Under the pieces are notes generated by a model. The model was given only the letters and a program-made list of their open reading frames with translations. It made no database searches and was not told the DNA's origin. Positions 1 to 12,097 of a stretch of 64,000 nucleotides of DNA are shown piece after piece. Position 1 is the stretch's first letter, and each line of letters starts with the position of its first letter. The stretch lies in the NCBI GenBank assembly GCA_026023565.1, contig JAPETS010000007.1, positions 558,001 to 622,000 of the forward strand, given 5' to 3'. Origin of the DNA: Cirrosporium novae-zelandiae. Its lineage: Eukaryota. The position numbers were made by a program, and so were the translations under genes.

Positions 1-2
1 AT

Positions 3-80
3 GTCGACGGTTATACCAAACTCATAATGGTGACCTGCATTGGCACAGATAACGTTAAAGAGTGGCTACTTGAAAAGGGC
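3..80 (+). other. Ankyrin-repeat-like coding fragment truncated by the window edge (possibly degenerate)
   Basis: Frame reads VDGYTKLIMVTCIGTDNVKEWLLEKG, resembling D-x-G-x-T-x-L...G...LLEKG; followed by a GTATGT donor at 81; downstream frame closes quickly. Confidence 0.3.
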
Positions 81-879
81 GGTATGTTTTAACAATTATC
101 ATTCTTCTAATACCCAAGAAATATGATCTTTTAGGGCGCAATAGATCTTTATAAAACGCTATCTGATAGCAAGATCTGGACTTTGATTTCATATTCACTA
201 TAACTATCCTCTGCAAGCCCCCGTTAAAGACTTAGCTAGAGGTTTATTTACCACCATGGGAAGGTATCTTCGGGCATTGCCGTCCACTCTCACTTCTTGT
301 TGTGACCCCACAAGCCACGAACGCCTTACTACATATAAAAACTCGTACAAATAGCCCTTCCACTAGCTCAGTGAGCTGGTTCCCCACAATTTCGCTCTAG
401 GCAGAAGTAGTCCATGGCAGCATACGGTTACTGCGGTATTATAACACATGTAGATGTAGATAGGCACGTGATAGGCTTGCAGAAAGTCGCATATAACTCT
501 CGCTAAACTTGGTTTATGCACTCAGTTATGCCCACATATGACAGAGTTCTATCCAATCGCTAACTTTCCTGCCGGCCACAGTTTTCCGATGGAGAAACCC
601 TTCAACACTGGAATTTCCCGTCGGAGTCTACATGTGGCCTAGATAATGAACAATAGACTTACCATTCCACTTGATATCTGAGCCTGCTATAAAAACCCTT
701 AAATAGATTGATGGCTACTTATTTGTGTTTGATAAACTCTTCTTGCAGTTTACCATTTGTTGTTTTGTCAGCATTTCAACCTTAGCTATTCTTATATCTA
801 TACCGGGGACTTCTCAACAGTCAATTTTGTCAGTGGGACTAGAATCTCTAGTCGTTTCGTTGTCGCAAATACTTCAGCC

Positions 880-2354
880 ATGGCGGGTCAACCCGGGTTA
901 TATTCTAACGTCAACACCACCAAGATGTTAGAGCAATCCCAAAAGTCTCTCATCCGCTATGGTGGCAGCTTTCTACCCCTGATAATTACCAAAGCTGAAG
1001 GTGTCTTTGTCTATACCTCTACCGGCCAAAAGATCCTAGATTGGACCTCCGGCCAAATGTCTACTCTCTTGGGGCATGGAAACCCTGAGATAGTGAAAAC
1101 AATCCACGATCATGCATTACAGCTTGACCATTTACTCAGTGGGATGCTAAGTCCACCAGTTATTGAGTTGGCGGAGAAACTTACAAGCCTTCTTCCAGAG
1201 GGACTAGATAAGGCTATGTTTTTGAATACCGGCGCAGAGTCAAACGAGGCTGCAATAAAGATGGCTAAATTTTATACGGGCAAATGGGAAATTGTCGCAT
1301 TGGGAGGTAGTTGGCATGGAATGACTGGGGCAGCTCATGCCAGCACTGTATGCATACCCCGCGTGTCTCATGCTGTGCTGACAATCTTCTCACAGTACCA
1401 ATCTGGTCGCCGAGGATATGGCCCATTTGTATGGTTTGTCCTTGCTATTGTTAATAGGATAAACGGTACTAATACAAAAAGATACCTGGCAACCTCGTTC
1501 TCCCCACCCCGAATGCCTACCGTTCTAAGTTCCGGAATCCAGACGGTTCATACGACTGGGAAAGCGAATTGAACTATGGGTGGGACTTAGTAGATCAAGC
1601 GTCGGCTGGTTCATTGGCCGCCGTGATCCTCGAACCAATACTTAGTTCGGGTGGAATGTTGGTCCTTCCACCTGGATATCTCCAATCAATGAAGGAGAAT
1701 TGTCGAAAGCGGGGCATGCTGCTGATCGTGGACGAGGCCCAAACGGCAATTGGACGTAGTGGCTCGATGTTCGCCTTTGAACATGATGGAGCTACACCCG
1801 ACATTTTGACTCTCAGCAAAACATTAGGTAATGGGCTCCCTCTTGCAGCAGTAGTCACCTCTACCGAGATTGAGAAAACGTGCAACGAAAATGGATTTAT
1901 CTTCTATACAACACATGCCAATGACCCATTGCCGGCTGCTGTTGGGTTGAAAGTCCTTGATATTGTCGTCCGCGATGGCTTGGTTGAGCGATCTCGAAAG
2001 CTTGGCTTGAAGCTACAGGATGGTCTAAAGACTCTTAAAAATAAATATGCCTGCATTGGTGACGTGCGGGGAAGAGGCTTGATGGCGGGAATAGAGATTA
2101 TTGGCGATCCGAAGACTAAACAGCCTGCACTGGAGCTAGGAAATGCTCTCGCATCTCGGATGTATGAGCTTGGTCTTTCCGCAAATTTGGCAACTGTTGC
2201 TGCATTCGCAGGGGTGTTCCGGATTGCACCCCCGATTACAGTCACTGAGGATGAGCTCTCTCTTGGCTTAGGTATCATGGAAGAAGCATTTAAATCTGTC
2301 CCGGGTACTTTGAATACAACAACCCAAAATGGTGTTGGAATAACAAAACTCTAG
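880..2354 (+). CDS. dgdA: 2,2-dialkylglycine decarboxylase (class III PLP aminotransferase); introns 1348-1395 and 1429-1481
   Basis: Spliced product has LDWTSGQMS, SWHGMTG, EPILSSGG, DEAQT, TLSKTLG (PLP Lys), FYTTH and FRIAPP, matching bacterial DGD along its length as recalled; GT-AG introns join ORFs 757..1572 and 1569..2354. Confidence 0.88.
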
Positions 2355-2655
2355 CTTGATCCATTACCCCCGGTCCAAGATAATCACGCAAAAGATATAT
2401 CTGGAGATATGTCGGCGGAAAGGGCCCACCTAGAAAGGACGCAGATACTGTCAGCATAATAGGCATAGTAGCAAGAGGTCTTGATATGACTGCAGAATAT
2501 AAAGGATGACTGAATTTAGAAGAAAACTGAAGGCAGGCTACTAGGATACTGACAGCTAGAATAGGGAGGTTATAATATTACCTACTATCAGTATTTAAAG
2601 GTAGTTCCTTAGACGATAAATTTATGATACATATACATATTGTGGAAATAAACTT

Positions 2656-4898
2656 CTAAAACGTGTTATTGTTCACGTCAAGCATATCCCACAAGTTAGC
2701 CCATGGATACTCTAACTGACCGAAGCCAGCATCCGAGTTAGGGATAGATAGTATGTCAGGGATATTACTGCCTTCTAGCCACGGGCTCTCATTTTGTTCG
2801 CCTCTTGTGTTGATCGTGGATAGGCCGTTGTCGACATTGGTTGTAGATAGGTCGTTTAATTCACGAGTGATGTCTTGGTGAAGGGATGGAGCATTGATCG
2901 TAATTCTTATAATAGGCTCCTCACATCGAGCAAGGAAAATATCTGCAAGATCCCACTCATTTTTGTCCTTAGCTTTTCGAAGCTGATCCCTGAAGAGCCT
3001 CAACTTTGTTTTACAAGATTCCGAAATGACTGGATCTTTGGTATCGACTGCGCAGCGTAATAGGATTATTGCTGCAGAAGCAAGGTGGTATGCAGTATCT
3101 AGGAAGAATAATTAAAATCAGTCATCATAGGCAAAATAATATTTCCTAGAACGAGGTTTGAATCATACAAGGTAACCAAAACTCCTTGAGATGGTGTTCC
3201 TTTAAGGAGCAAATGAATATTACAATATCGCCGGCAGCTTGCCGTAGCTTCGCCAAACGGTAGTGGATGGCTTCAGGTACATCTATATCAGTCAAATGAG
3301 TGGCTTCCTAATTGTCTGTCAGTGCTTGAACGGCACGTTATCCAAAACACATAAACCACATACCCGTAAAGCAACTCGGCAGAGCAACATCTTGATCGAA
3401 AGATATCCAGTTCGGAGGCTACATGATCCGGATACAGATGTACTATCAACACTTCCATGATCACTCACTTTTAGATAGCTCGGAAGGCAATTTTCCCATT
3501 TATCAAGAGCAGTCTCAAGATCGCGAAGCCTTCTTGAGATCTCTCTGTGATCTATTTTAAGGCAGTACACAAGAGTCAGTATTTCTCCTAATAATTCGGA
3601 AAGCATGCAAAGACTGATAAAGCATTCCGCTGCTCGTTTCCGCTCTCCTGACTCTTTCCCTGATGTCAAAAGCATAGAGAGTTCTGGGACAGGCACATCA
3701 TACTGGTTCGAGTTGATGTTAGGAGGTGTTCCATGTGCCATTGCCGCCCTATAATCCTCAGTTACCGATTCGGGGAGTCACCAACATGCAGTCGCACCAA
3801 CAATCATTTATTAAAACTCCCCACCACAACCTAATGCGAATATGCTTGTCAATTGTGGACCCCCGCCACGTCCTTGGATCTCTGTTTAACCCCAAGCTAT
3901 GTGCAAGTGAAACGGTTCGCCCTATGTTAATAATGTTACCCATGATTGAGTAAATAGGCCTCCCGAAAAGATCAATAATCGCCGCTTGAACAGTAGATAA
4001 GCTTGGGGCCAAGAAATCATCCTGTAATGCAGTCACCGCTGTGTTCCAGGCATATCGGATATCTGGCCTATGATGATATCTTAGGATGTCTGAACGATCC
4101 CAAAATATCAGGGAGCTTGCGTATAATTCACAAATTAGAGTTGGTGAAAGCTCAGCTTCACCCTGCTTATGCAGTCCTAAGGATGACTGTTCGTCCAGTA
4201 TAGGAAAGCACGGGTGTATATATTTGAAATAACTACAAAATATATGATATCAGCGATTCGCGCTATCACCTGGGGGCATGGTCAGAGTACATTGCAATCA
4301 GTTCGTGAGTATAAGGACCTAGAATCTGCTCGAGAATTTCCAGTTGCGCTTTCCCAGGCGATTTTGCTAGTTTCAGCCCTTCTCTTCGTCGGGGTACTTT
4401 TAGGTATAAAATTGGATTTCGCGGATCATCAGAGACAATGTTGTAAGGTTGTGATTGCTGCGACCCAATGGATGGGCTTGAAGGCAGACATTGTTGAAAG
4501 ATCCGGACATCTTCTGCTACCATTGGCCCGACGACAATTGAGGAATCTGCAGAGTCGGTCTTTGCGTCTAAGCCTTCAATCTGTCTATTACACGTCGTGA
4601 TGACTGTTGAAACATTTTCATTTAGTTGCAATGTAGGATCCTCGGGAGCTTGACGACGACGTTTGGAAGCTCGCTGAGGGCTAGACAACTCTGTATCATT
4701 GGCATCTTGTGCTTTGGAGTTTATAGATCCATGGTCACAGACGCTCAGATTCAAACGACAAAGTAGACAAGGTTGACCTGGGAGGTCAACGACGCAGCGT
4801 AACTTTCGCTTGCGGCAGCGGTCACAGGCCGGGTTCTTATGTGATCGATACGGTCGTTGAGATGGCAACGAAGTTGAAAGAAACTGGGATTTAGACAT
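2656..4898 (-). CDS. Zn(II)2Cys6 transcription factor with fungal-specific TF domain (4 introns)
   Basis: CDRCRKRKLRC...CLLC...C cluster; YFKYIHPCFPILD, LGLNRDP and RIRLWW middle-homology motifs; exons join in frame through GT-AG introns. Confidence 0.9.
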
Positions 4899-5490
4899 TG
4901 GGGAAAAATAGTTTACGTCTTTTCTATTTGAATATATGGTTCAAGGATTTTATATGGTGGATGGTGGGCAAATATGGAAATGGTAGATGAATATAAAATC
5001 CGGAAAAATCAATATCCCGGAGGCGAGGCCTTGGTAACCTAGGCTAGGCTAACGTGCCTTAGCATCAGGATGAAATTATTTCAGGATAATCCCTGCGCAC
5101 CTTGATACTGTTATCGTATTGTTTACCGTACAACCCAACTTCGGCAGTTACAAATCCACAGTGTGCTAAGTAAGAGGATTACTATTCTATTAACACAAGT
5201 TAAGGTCTGACGGATCTCAATGGAACAATAAAACGTCATACCACCCCTTAAATATCGTCAATTATTCACGCTTCTCGGCCGCCGTGTCCGACATTCAAAG
5301 ACAAACGGATCAAATCATTAGCAAAAGTCAAATGGACCATGACGATGCATATCCACAAGATTGAGGGGTATTGATTTATCCCTCACCCTTCTATCAGCTA
5401 CTTAATCTCTTGCTTCTGTCCTCTATTGAACACTATCATTGAACAATTATCTCCCTTATCAGCCCACTTTACTCTAGATATCCCCCAACA

Positions 5491-6645
5491 ATGACTACAA
5501 CAACTCGAGGCTGGAGAGTCCAAGGCATTGGCAAAGGCTTTGATGCCCTCACCTGGAGCGATGACTTGAAGCTCCCAGAGCTCGCTCCCAACGATGTCCT
5601 AGTCAAATTCCGTGCTGCCTCCCTCAATTACAGGGACTTAATCATTCCCAAGGGGATGTATCCCTTTCCTCTCCAAGGTACTGCACTACCCCGCGCTGCA
5701 ACTTTTCAACAGTTCTGACCCTTTTCCCTTGTAGACGGTGTAGTCCCAGGCTCCGACGGCTCTGGCGAAGTCGTTGCAACCGGTGAACGAGTGAGTCGCT
5801 TCAAGAAAGGCGACAAAGTTCTAACACTCTTCAACCAACGCCATCTCGCCGGCTCCCTCACCCCGGAAACACTTCTCACTGGCCTCGGTGGTGTGGTTGA
5901 TGGTGCTCTCCGCGAACAAGGCATCTTCGACGAAAATGGATTGGTTTCCATGCCAAATAATTTATCGTATGAGGAAGCTGCTACACTTCCCTGTGCTGGT
6001 GTCACGGCCTGGAATGCTCTATATGGTCTCAAGCCATTGAAACCAGGTGACTGCGTTCTGACGCAAGGAACTGGCGGTGTCTCAATCTTTGCCGCCCAGG
6101 TGAGCCAACTTAATGCAATGCAATAACTTCAAATACATCCAGATTAACAACCACCTTAGTTTGCTCTTGCCGCCGGCGCAACCGTCATTAGCACCACCTC
6201 CTCAACCGCCAAGGCTGAAACCCTCAAGAAACTCGGCGTGCACCACGTAATAAACTACCGCGAAGACCCAGACTGGGGCACCACAGCCAAAAAATTCTCA
6301 CCCCAGGGTTATGGTGTGACCCACGTTATCGAAGTCGGTGGTCCAAAAACAATCAAACAATCTTTGGACGCTGTGCGCATCGACGGGCAAATCACGATCA
6401 TCGGTTTTGTGGGCGGAAAGGGCGAGGAACCCAGCTTCTTAGAACCCCTGAATCATTGCTGTATCGTAAGGGGTATTCTGGTGGGTAGCCGTGAGCTGTT
6501 CGAGGATATGAACCGTGCGATTGAGGCCAATAACATCAAGCCTGTGGTTGATAAGAAGGTATTTGAGTTAAAGGAACTGAAAGATGCGTATCAGTATATG
6601 TGGGACCAGAAGCACTTTGGAAAAATGGCGATTAAGATCGCTTGA
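5491..6645 (+). CDS. Medium-chain dehydrogenase/reductase (zinc-type ADH-like, quinone reductase family); introns 5678-5734 and 6100-6159
   Basis: AASLNYRDL, PGSDGSGEV, LPCAGVTAWNAL, QGTGGVS and HFGKM motifs. Confidence 0.9.
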
Positions 6646-7188
6646 GCAAATGATTTGATTAAAAGAGGGAAATAGAGAGAGAGAAATAGCAATGATGATA
6701 TTTTGTATAGGAGCTGTTCTTATGTGAACCCAGTGAAAAGGAATGGAACGAATATGGGTTTTATGTCATTGAAATATCTCCTGTTCCACACAGTATTTAA
6801 TTAGGGGTTCAAACCAGCTTAGAGGGTTAGAATTCAGTCTTTGTCCTAGCCGAGGCACGGCATACTTAAAGGAGATGAAATTTTGGAGAAGCGATGTTGT
6901 TAATAATTATATTATAAAAATACTACTGTTTCAATTTCCGTTTATTTTCATTCTAATAGTTTCAGTCTATATGCCTTCGGTTTCGAGGATAAAAATGGCC
7001 TTTAAACATGAATTAGGTAGGTATAGAGAGTATAAGGCGATAGCTGACCGTATTTACTAACCAGATTCATAACTGACGAGATTTTGAAAACTAAAAAGAG
7101 CTATCGCCATTTAGATGCGTTGGATAATAGACGATGATGATTTTATAGAGGGGGATGAATGAGATTTGCAGAGCAGTCCTCAACCAAC

Positions 7189-7938
7189 TCATACCCGACT
7201 CGTGTTAATATTATATGGACTTTCCGCGATCCATCGCCCAATCCTACGCTTGTTTCCAATCTCCTCAGTAACATGGCCAGCCTCCAGGAGCTTCGTCTCC
7301 TGATCGGTGAAACCATCCCACAAACTTGATATTCTCCACTCATGCAGCGGACCTGTTGCAAAGACGCTCCAAGGTATAACCTTCCAGCACACATCCATAT
7401 GACTAACCTTCTTTCTCAATTCATTTATTTCCCACGCAATATATTCCAAGTCGTCAATCTTCCATCTCCGCACCCCCATTCTCAGCTCAATGCGAAGTTC
7501 TTTGAGGTTAGGGAAGGCCAGAAGATTCATGAGGGCTTTATGGGGGTCACTAATGGGGCAATTACGGATTTTGAGTAAGATTTTGCTAGCGAAATCCTGC
7601 AGGTCATGAACGTGAAGGTCGTCCAGGCCTGCAAGAACCGTGCTGTCGATTTCGAATATGTTCTTGGCGTGGAAAATATACGAAGCTTCGGAATGAAGAA
7701 ACGTTGGCGACTGGTGGCGCTGGAAGAAATAATATATGTTTTTGGTTCCTCTGTCGTCTTCTGAGAACTTGTATTGGTGTTTTTCAGGGGGCTTTTCGAA
7801 GCTAGCTTTAGGTCTTGCGAGGTTGTATTCGTTGCTCTCGACTACTTCGACATGGTGGGCGGCTACCAATAAGTAGTCTAGAATATGGAGACGAATCTCG
7901 CGAGGGAGGGTCATGAATGTTGGTTTGGAAGACGCCAT
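7189..7938 (-). CDS. Hypothetical protein with F-box-like N-terminus
   Basis: 249-aa ORF starting FMTLPREIRLHILDYLL. Confidence 0.65.
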   Translation of the reverse strand: MASSKPTFMTLPREIRLHILDYLLVAAHHVEVVESNEYNLARPKASFEKPPEKHQYKFSEDDRGTKNIYYFFQRHQSPTFLHSEASYIFHAKNIFEIDSTVLAGLDDLHVHDLQDFASKILLKIRNCPISDPHKALMNLLAFPNLKELRIELRMGVRRWKIDDLEYIAWEINELRKKVSHMDVCWKVIPWSVFATGPLHEWRISSLWDGFTDQETKLLEAGHVTEEIGNKRRIGRWIAESPYNINTSRV

Positions 7939-8981
7939 ATCAGTGTGATTTACTTTGAGCAGGGGTTCAGAAGTTAGCGAAGGGTTTGAATAAAGAACAT
8001 TCCTTTGGAACTTCCAATGGTATGATTACCAGATAGTGGCTTTTGTTGGTAGGTGAGGCAGATTGACAGAGGTGAAAGAAAGCTTGAGCGAAAGTAGAGC
8101 TCTCTAGAATAAGATAGAAGAAGAGCTTCAGTGAAGATATCGGGCACAACATGTTGGAAAAGAAATAAATAAAAGAATTGTCTAGGTAGAGTAGATAAAC
8201 GCTTGAGAGTGAACGGCGGAAAGGAGATGGATAATATGGGTTCTTCCAAGTGCGGAGAAGTGGGGTTACTGGGGTAAACTAGCAGGGTGTAAAAAAGCAG
8301 ATGAATTAATTCATAGACTAGATAGATATCCCTTGGATGTAATGGAGAAAAGAACAAGCTTGCGACGTCAGCCATTGAATAATGTCTTATTAATTGTATA
8401 CGCCATCCATTTCCAAACTTTGGTATCACGGTAGAAAGTATATAGATACCTCTATCTATGCCAAACATACGCCGACTCACCGTTCTGCACAAAACAACTC
8501 GGCTTCCTGCCTGTATCAAAGCTCCATTTCGTGTTTGTAACCTGCAAGTATGGTGGTATAATAAGAAATTATCTCACGTTGATGGGAGCACCTACATGCC
8601 ATTTACGCCAATATCTATATCGACTCAATTTTGGGTCCCTTCTATACAGGCTTCTGTTACTATGCGGGGTACTCCCCCTTTTCCCCCGGTTATTTTTTGC
8701 TAGTCTTTGGTGCTGTTGTTGACTGCTGAGTTATCAAACGGTAAGGACTCACTGACGATCGTTTTCTTGAGGAAGACATGTGGAAGGCTGTTGATCAATA
8801 CCTTTGAGGGTTTAATCTTTCGTAACTGTAAAGAAACAAACTCTAAAAACTGGTATCTAAATTACCATGCTATCCCTATTCGAGTTGTTCTAATAGACTA
8901 GATAGACCAGGCGTCAGATTATAATTAAATCTCCCTATGACGTACCTCATTTAAATAAATTTAAACCCCACCAGGCACTCA

Positions 8982-10149
8982 ATGTCTTCCCTACAACAGC
9001 AACAAAAGCCTTCCACAGAAGGCTCTCCTCTTTTTAATCCCGATGAATTCTTCTTGGCTTGGAGATCCCGCGAGGGTGTTGATTTCCTTCTCGAGCACAA
9101 TGAGTTTCGCGAGGCCATCATCAAGGCATTTCGGTTAATGAATGATGATAGTTATGTTTATCATGCCATAGCTAGTGTAACGCTGGCACAAGTGCAGTAT
9201 ACGGTGACAAGGGGACGAGGTGGAGGGTTGCATGCTTGGTATTTGGATGGAGAGGGGAATGCTGTATGCATTGGTTATTTTGCTTAAAGCCCGTTCTGCG
9301 TACTGACTGAGGTCAATTGATCTATAGTTTCCAAATCCACCTTCGGCTGATATAACAGCTTATACATCCATATTTTCTCCATCAAAATCAGCCCCCAACC
9401 TTCTAAAAAGCCTTAAATCTAATGCTAAGAAAAACTCCCTTCGTGCTTCCATAGCCTCGCATCTCCTCTCCGCACGTCATATATCCTCGTCCTACTCCTC
9501 ACCAAAGCCCAAGAAATCGCCAAATGCACATATAAACCCATATTACGACATGTGGTGCTGGTCATGCCAGAATCTTGAATGGGGTGGACCAAACGAAGGT
9601 ACAGTCAACGTGAAGACATCACATCACATTCTCCCAATATTTATGCACCACTTTGGGTGTGCGGTACCCAGCTACGAATGCCTAGAAATCATTCGACAGG
9701 TTACTCGTGGGAAATCTATAGTAGATATGGGTAGCGGCAATGGCTATTGGACGTACCTCCTTCGTCGTCAGGGAATGACTGTCCTGGCCGTTGATAACGA
9801 GCAGAGTGTATGGAGAACTATGTGGATCGGCGATACAATAGTTACCGATGGCATAAGATGGCTTCGGGCGAGGCATGGAAGTAAAGATGATGTTCTTCTG
9901 CTGGTGTACCCGGTTGTAGGTGGATACTTCACAGCGAAGATACTTGAGACGTACCAAGGGAATGCCGTTTGCGTAGTTGGTACACAGAATGGAAATGGAT
10001 ATACTGCCTTCAAGGATAAGACCATAGAGAAGTACATGGAAGGAATAGGAGAATGGGATATGACTGTACGTATTGCAATCCCCAGTTTTGCTGGTAAAGA
10101 TGACGCACTCTTCGTGTTTGAGAGAAAAGAGGGCGGTCAGACTACATGA
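8982..10149 (+). CDS. Uncharacterised protein with class I SAM-methyltransferase-like motif; intron 9264-9327
   Basis: Intron joins ORF 8982..9287 in frame to 9550..10149; VDMGSGNGYW motif I and AVDN motif. Confidence 0.75.
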
Positions 10150-10879
10150 AATAAATATCAGGCTCTCAGCGAAATTTGCAGTATTGTTTTTTTTATTTGA
10201 AGAAACTAGAAATTATTCACCATCCATGCCCTTTGGAACAGAATAATTCTCCAAGAGAATTCGCAAAGATATTTACAAGCTTGAAGGCGGAAACCCCCAC
10301 AACATCCACTTAAGATTTCAGAGATGCCCCTTTCGTTTTTATTTTATCTTTATTCTTTTTGATATGCTATTAAAGCGTCGAGGATGGTGCGTTACGTATC
10401 ATTGTTATGCAAGGATCATATTTCAACAATTGTTCCTTCTTAGGACCATCGAGTATAGCTTCAGTGCGTGACTGACAAGAAAAGCCTACAAAAAATATCA
10501 GCACTACGGCGGTTCCGACCCATGCCCATTGACTTACAACACATTGACTTAGCATCACAGACCTTCTCTTCCCCTTCCTTTTTTCTCCTTTCTTTTTCTT
10601 TTACTCCTCTTAACCCACCCCCAATAATTCTTACGCTCTCAACCTTAAATGTCGTTGCTACTCAAGCATTGAAATGTCACCTATCGCGATCTAGGGAAAT
10701 GGGAAAACGAGACAGGAAAACCTCCCCAGGTTTGGGTACGGAATCTACTTTTCTATTCTAGTGCGATGGCGTCGTATTTTCAATTCAAGCTAAAGAAGAA
10801 TGTAGATACATCAATATTTAAAATGCGACAGTCTTTCTTCATTTCCTAAAATTTGATCTTGGGTAAAGCAAGGTATCTT

Positions 10880-11790
10880 TCTAAGGTCCCTAGCAACTCT
10901 AATATGCCAAACAGTAAGTATTATCCTTTATATCCCAAGAGTATCCCGTCTGGCAGAACTACTAACGCGGGAACAGAGATTCAAGTTCGATGGCGACTTT
11001 GCCTCATATGTCAAGGCCCATAAGGACTAGGCATCCGAACGAGCCAAGCGGCTAGACATGCTTTTTCAATACAAGTTACCTGTCAGGAGACCATTAGGAC
11101 TGCTTAGTCAGTTAAAAGAGGAAGATGACAACATTCTCTCAAATCCTTTAAATAAGGCGATAAGAACTTTCCCTATTTAATACTATTAAAGATTTTGACA
11201 AGTGTAGAAGGTTGATATCGAGGCACTATTTCGGCTCGATACCAGGATAAACATAGAAGGTCTTCGAGCAAGGATGAGACAATTACCAACCGCCCAGTAT
11301 CTCGAAGACCAGAGACCAAGCAAGGGATTTTTATCTATGAAGAGTTTTAAATTCAGGCAGATGGAAAGATGCACCACGTGGAGGTCAACTAGTGAGACTA
11401 ATAAGTTTGAGCAAGCCCTAAGAAAGGATATGATCGAAGAGATGAAGGAGTAGAGCAATACACCCTAGCTGCGGGACTTCACCAATGATGAAATCATAAT
11501 TTTCCAGACTGGCACGCACGGGATATACTATGGGTGAGCGCGAAGGTATGCCCTTCCTGAAACGAAAAGACAGGCAAACCAAGTCAAATGTCAGAAGCTA
11601 GCCCAAAAGTCAAACCATCCTCAGCCAGATCCCGATTTCTTTCAAGGTGCATGAACTCTCGCTCCCAGCAACCTCCGTAAAAGTTCTGCCCTGCAAGAAG
11701 CACTGCGGCTGTCTATCAAGGGTTACGAGGATGCCGCCAGTGTTCGACCTCCCCCGACATCGGAGAGCCAATGCTATATAGTTCAGTGAG
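10880..11790 (+). pseudogene. Degenerate gene of a fungal hypothetical-protein family, with in-frame stops and a frameshift; limits approximate
   Basis: Intron-like GTAAGT..CTAAC..CAG at 10914-10976, then protein-like frames (DMLFQYK...IRTFPI / SVEG* / IEALFRLDTRINIEGLRARM...LRDFT) broken by TAG 11028, TGA 11213, TAG 11451 and TAG 11466. Confidence 0.55.
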
Positions 11791-12097
11791 AATATCTCTA
11801 TCTAGTCCTCTGCTCTAAAAAACGATATAAGTAAGTGGATATTTTTATCTGAGTGTCTTCGTCCCAGAAAGCGAGGTAAATTCTGTGCTCTAAGTCTCAA
11901 TTGTGGGGGGAGAGTTTGATGGCCGGATTACTTGGATATAGGAATAAACTCGTGCGACGTAAGTGCTTGATTGTTACCATTTCCATTTGATATAAGATTA
12001 ACGTTCATCCAGTAACAGTAGTTCAAGCCACCCTCGCCCATGGTAAATAAGAAAATTGACCATTCATACATTACGTTTCCCTCCAAAGTGTCAGGAC

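Noticed and set aside
2343..2354. DGD C-terminal TKL as PTS1
   Set aside because: Non-canonical first residue; too weak without conservation data
2540..2596. Imperfect inverted repeat between the convergent DGD and TF genes
   Set aside because: Short, mismatched and AT-rich, with no TSD
4270..4290. Internal GT...CAG inside the first TF intron suggesting a stwintron
   Set aside because: The internal segment is only ~21 nt, too short to splice
7974..8901. Several 60-180 aa ORFs in the divergent intergenic region
   Set aside because: No recognisable domain; low-complexity promoter/UTR composition; many begin at non-ATG codons
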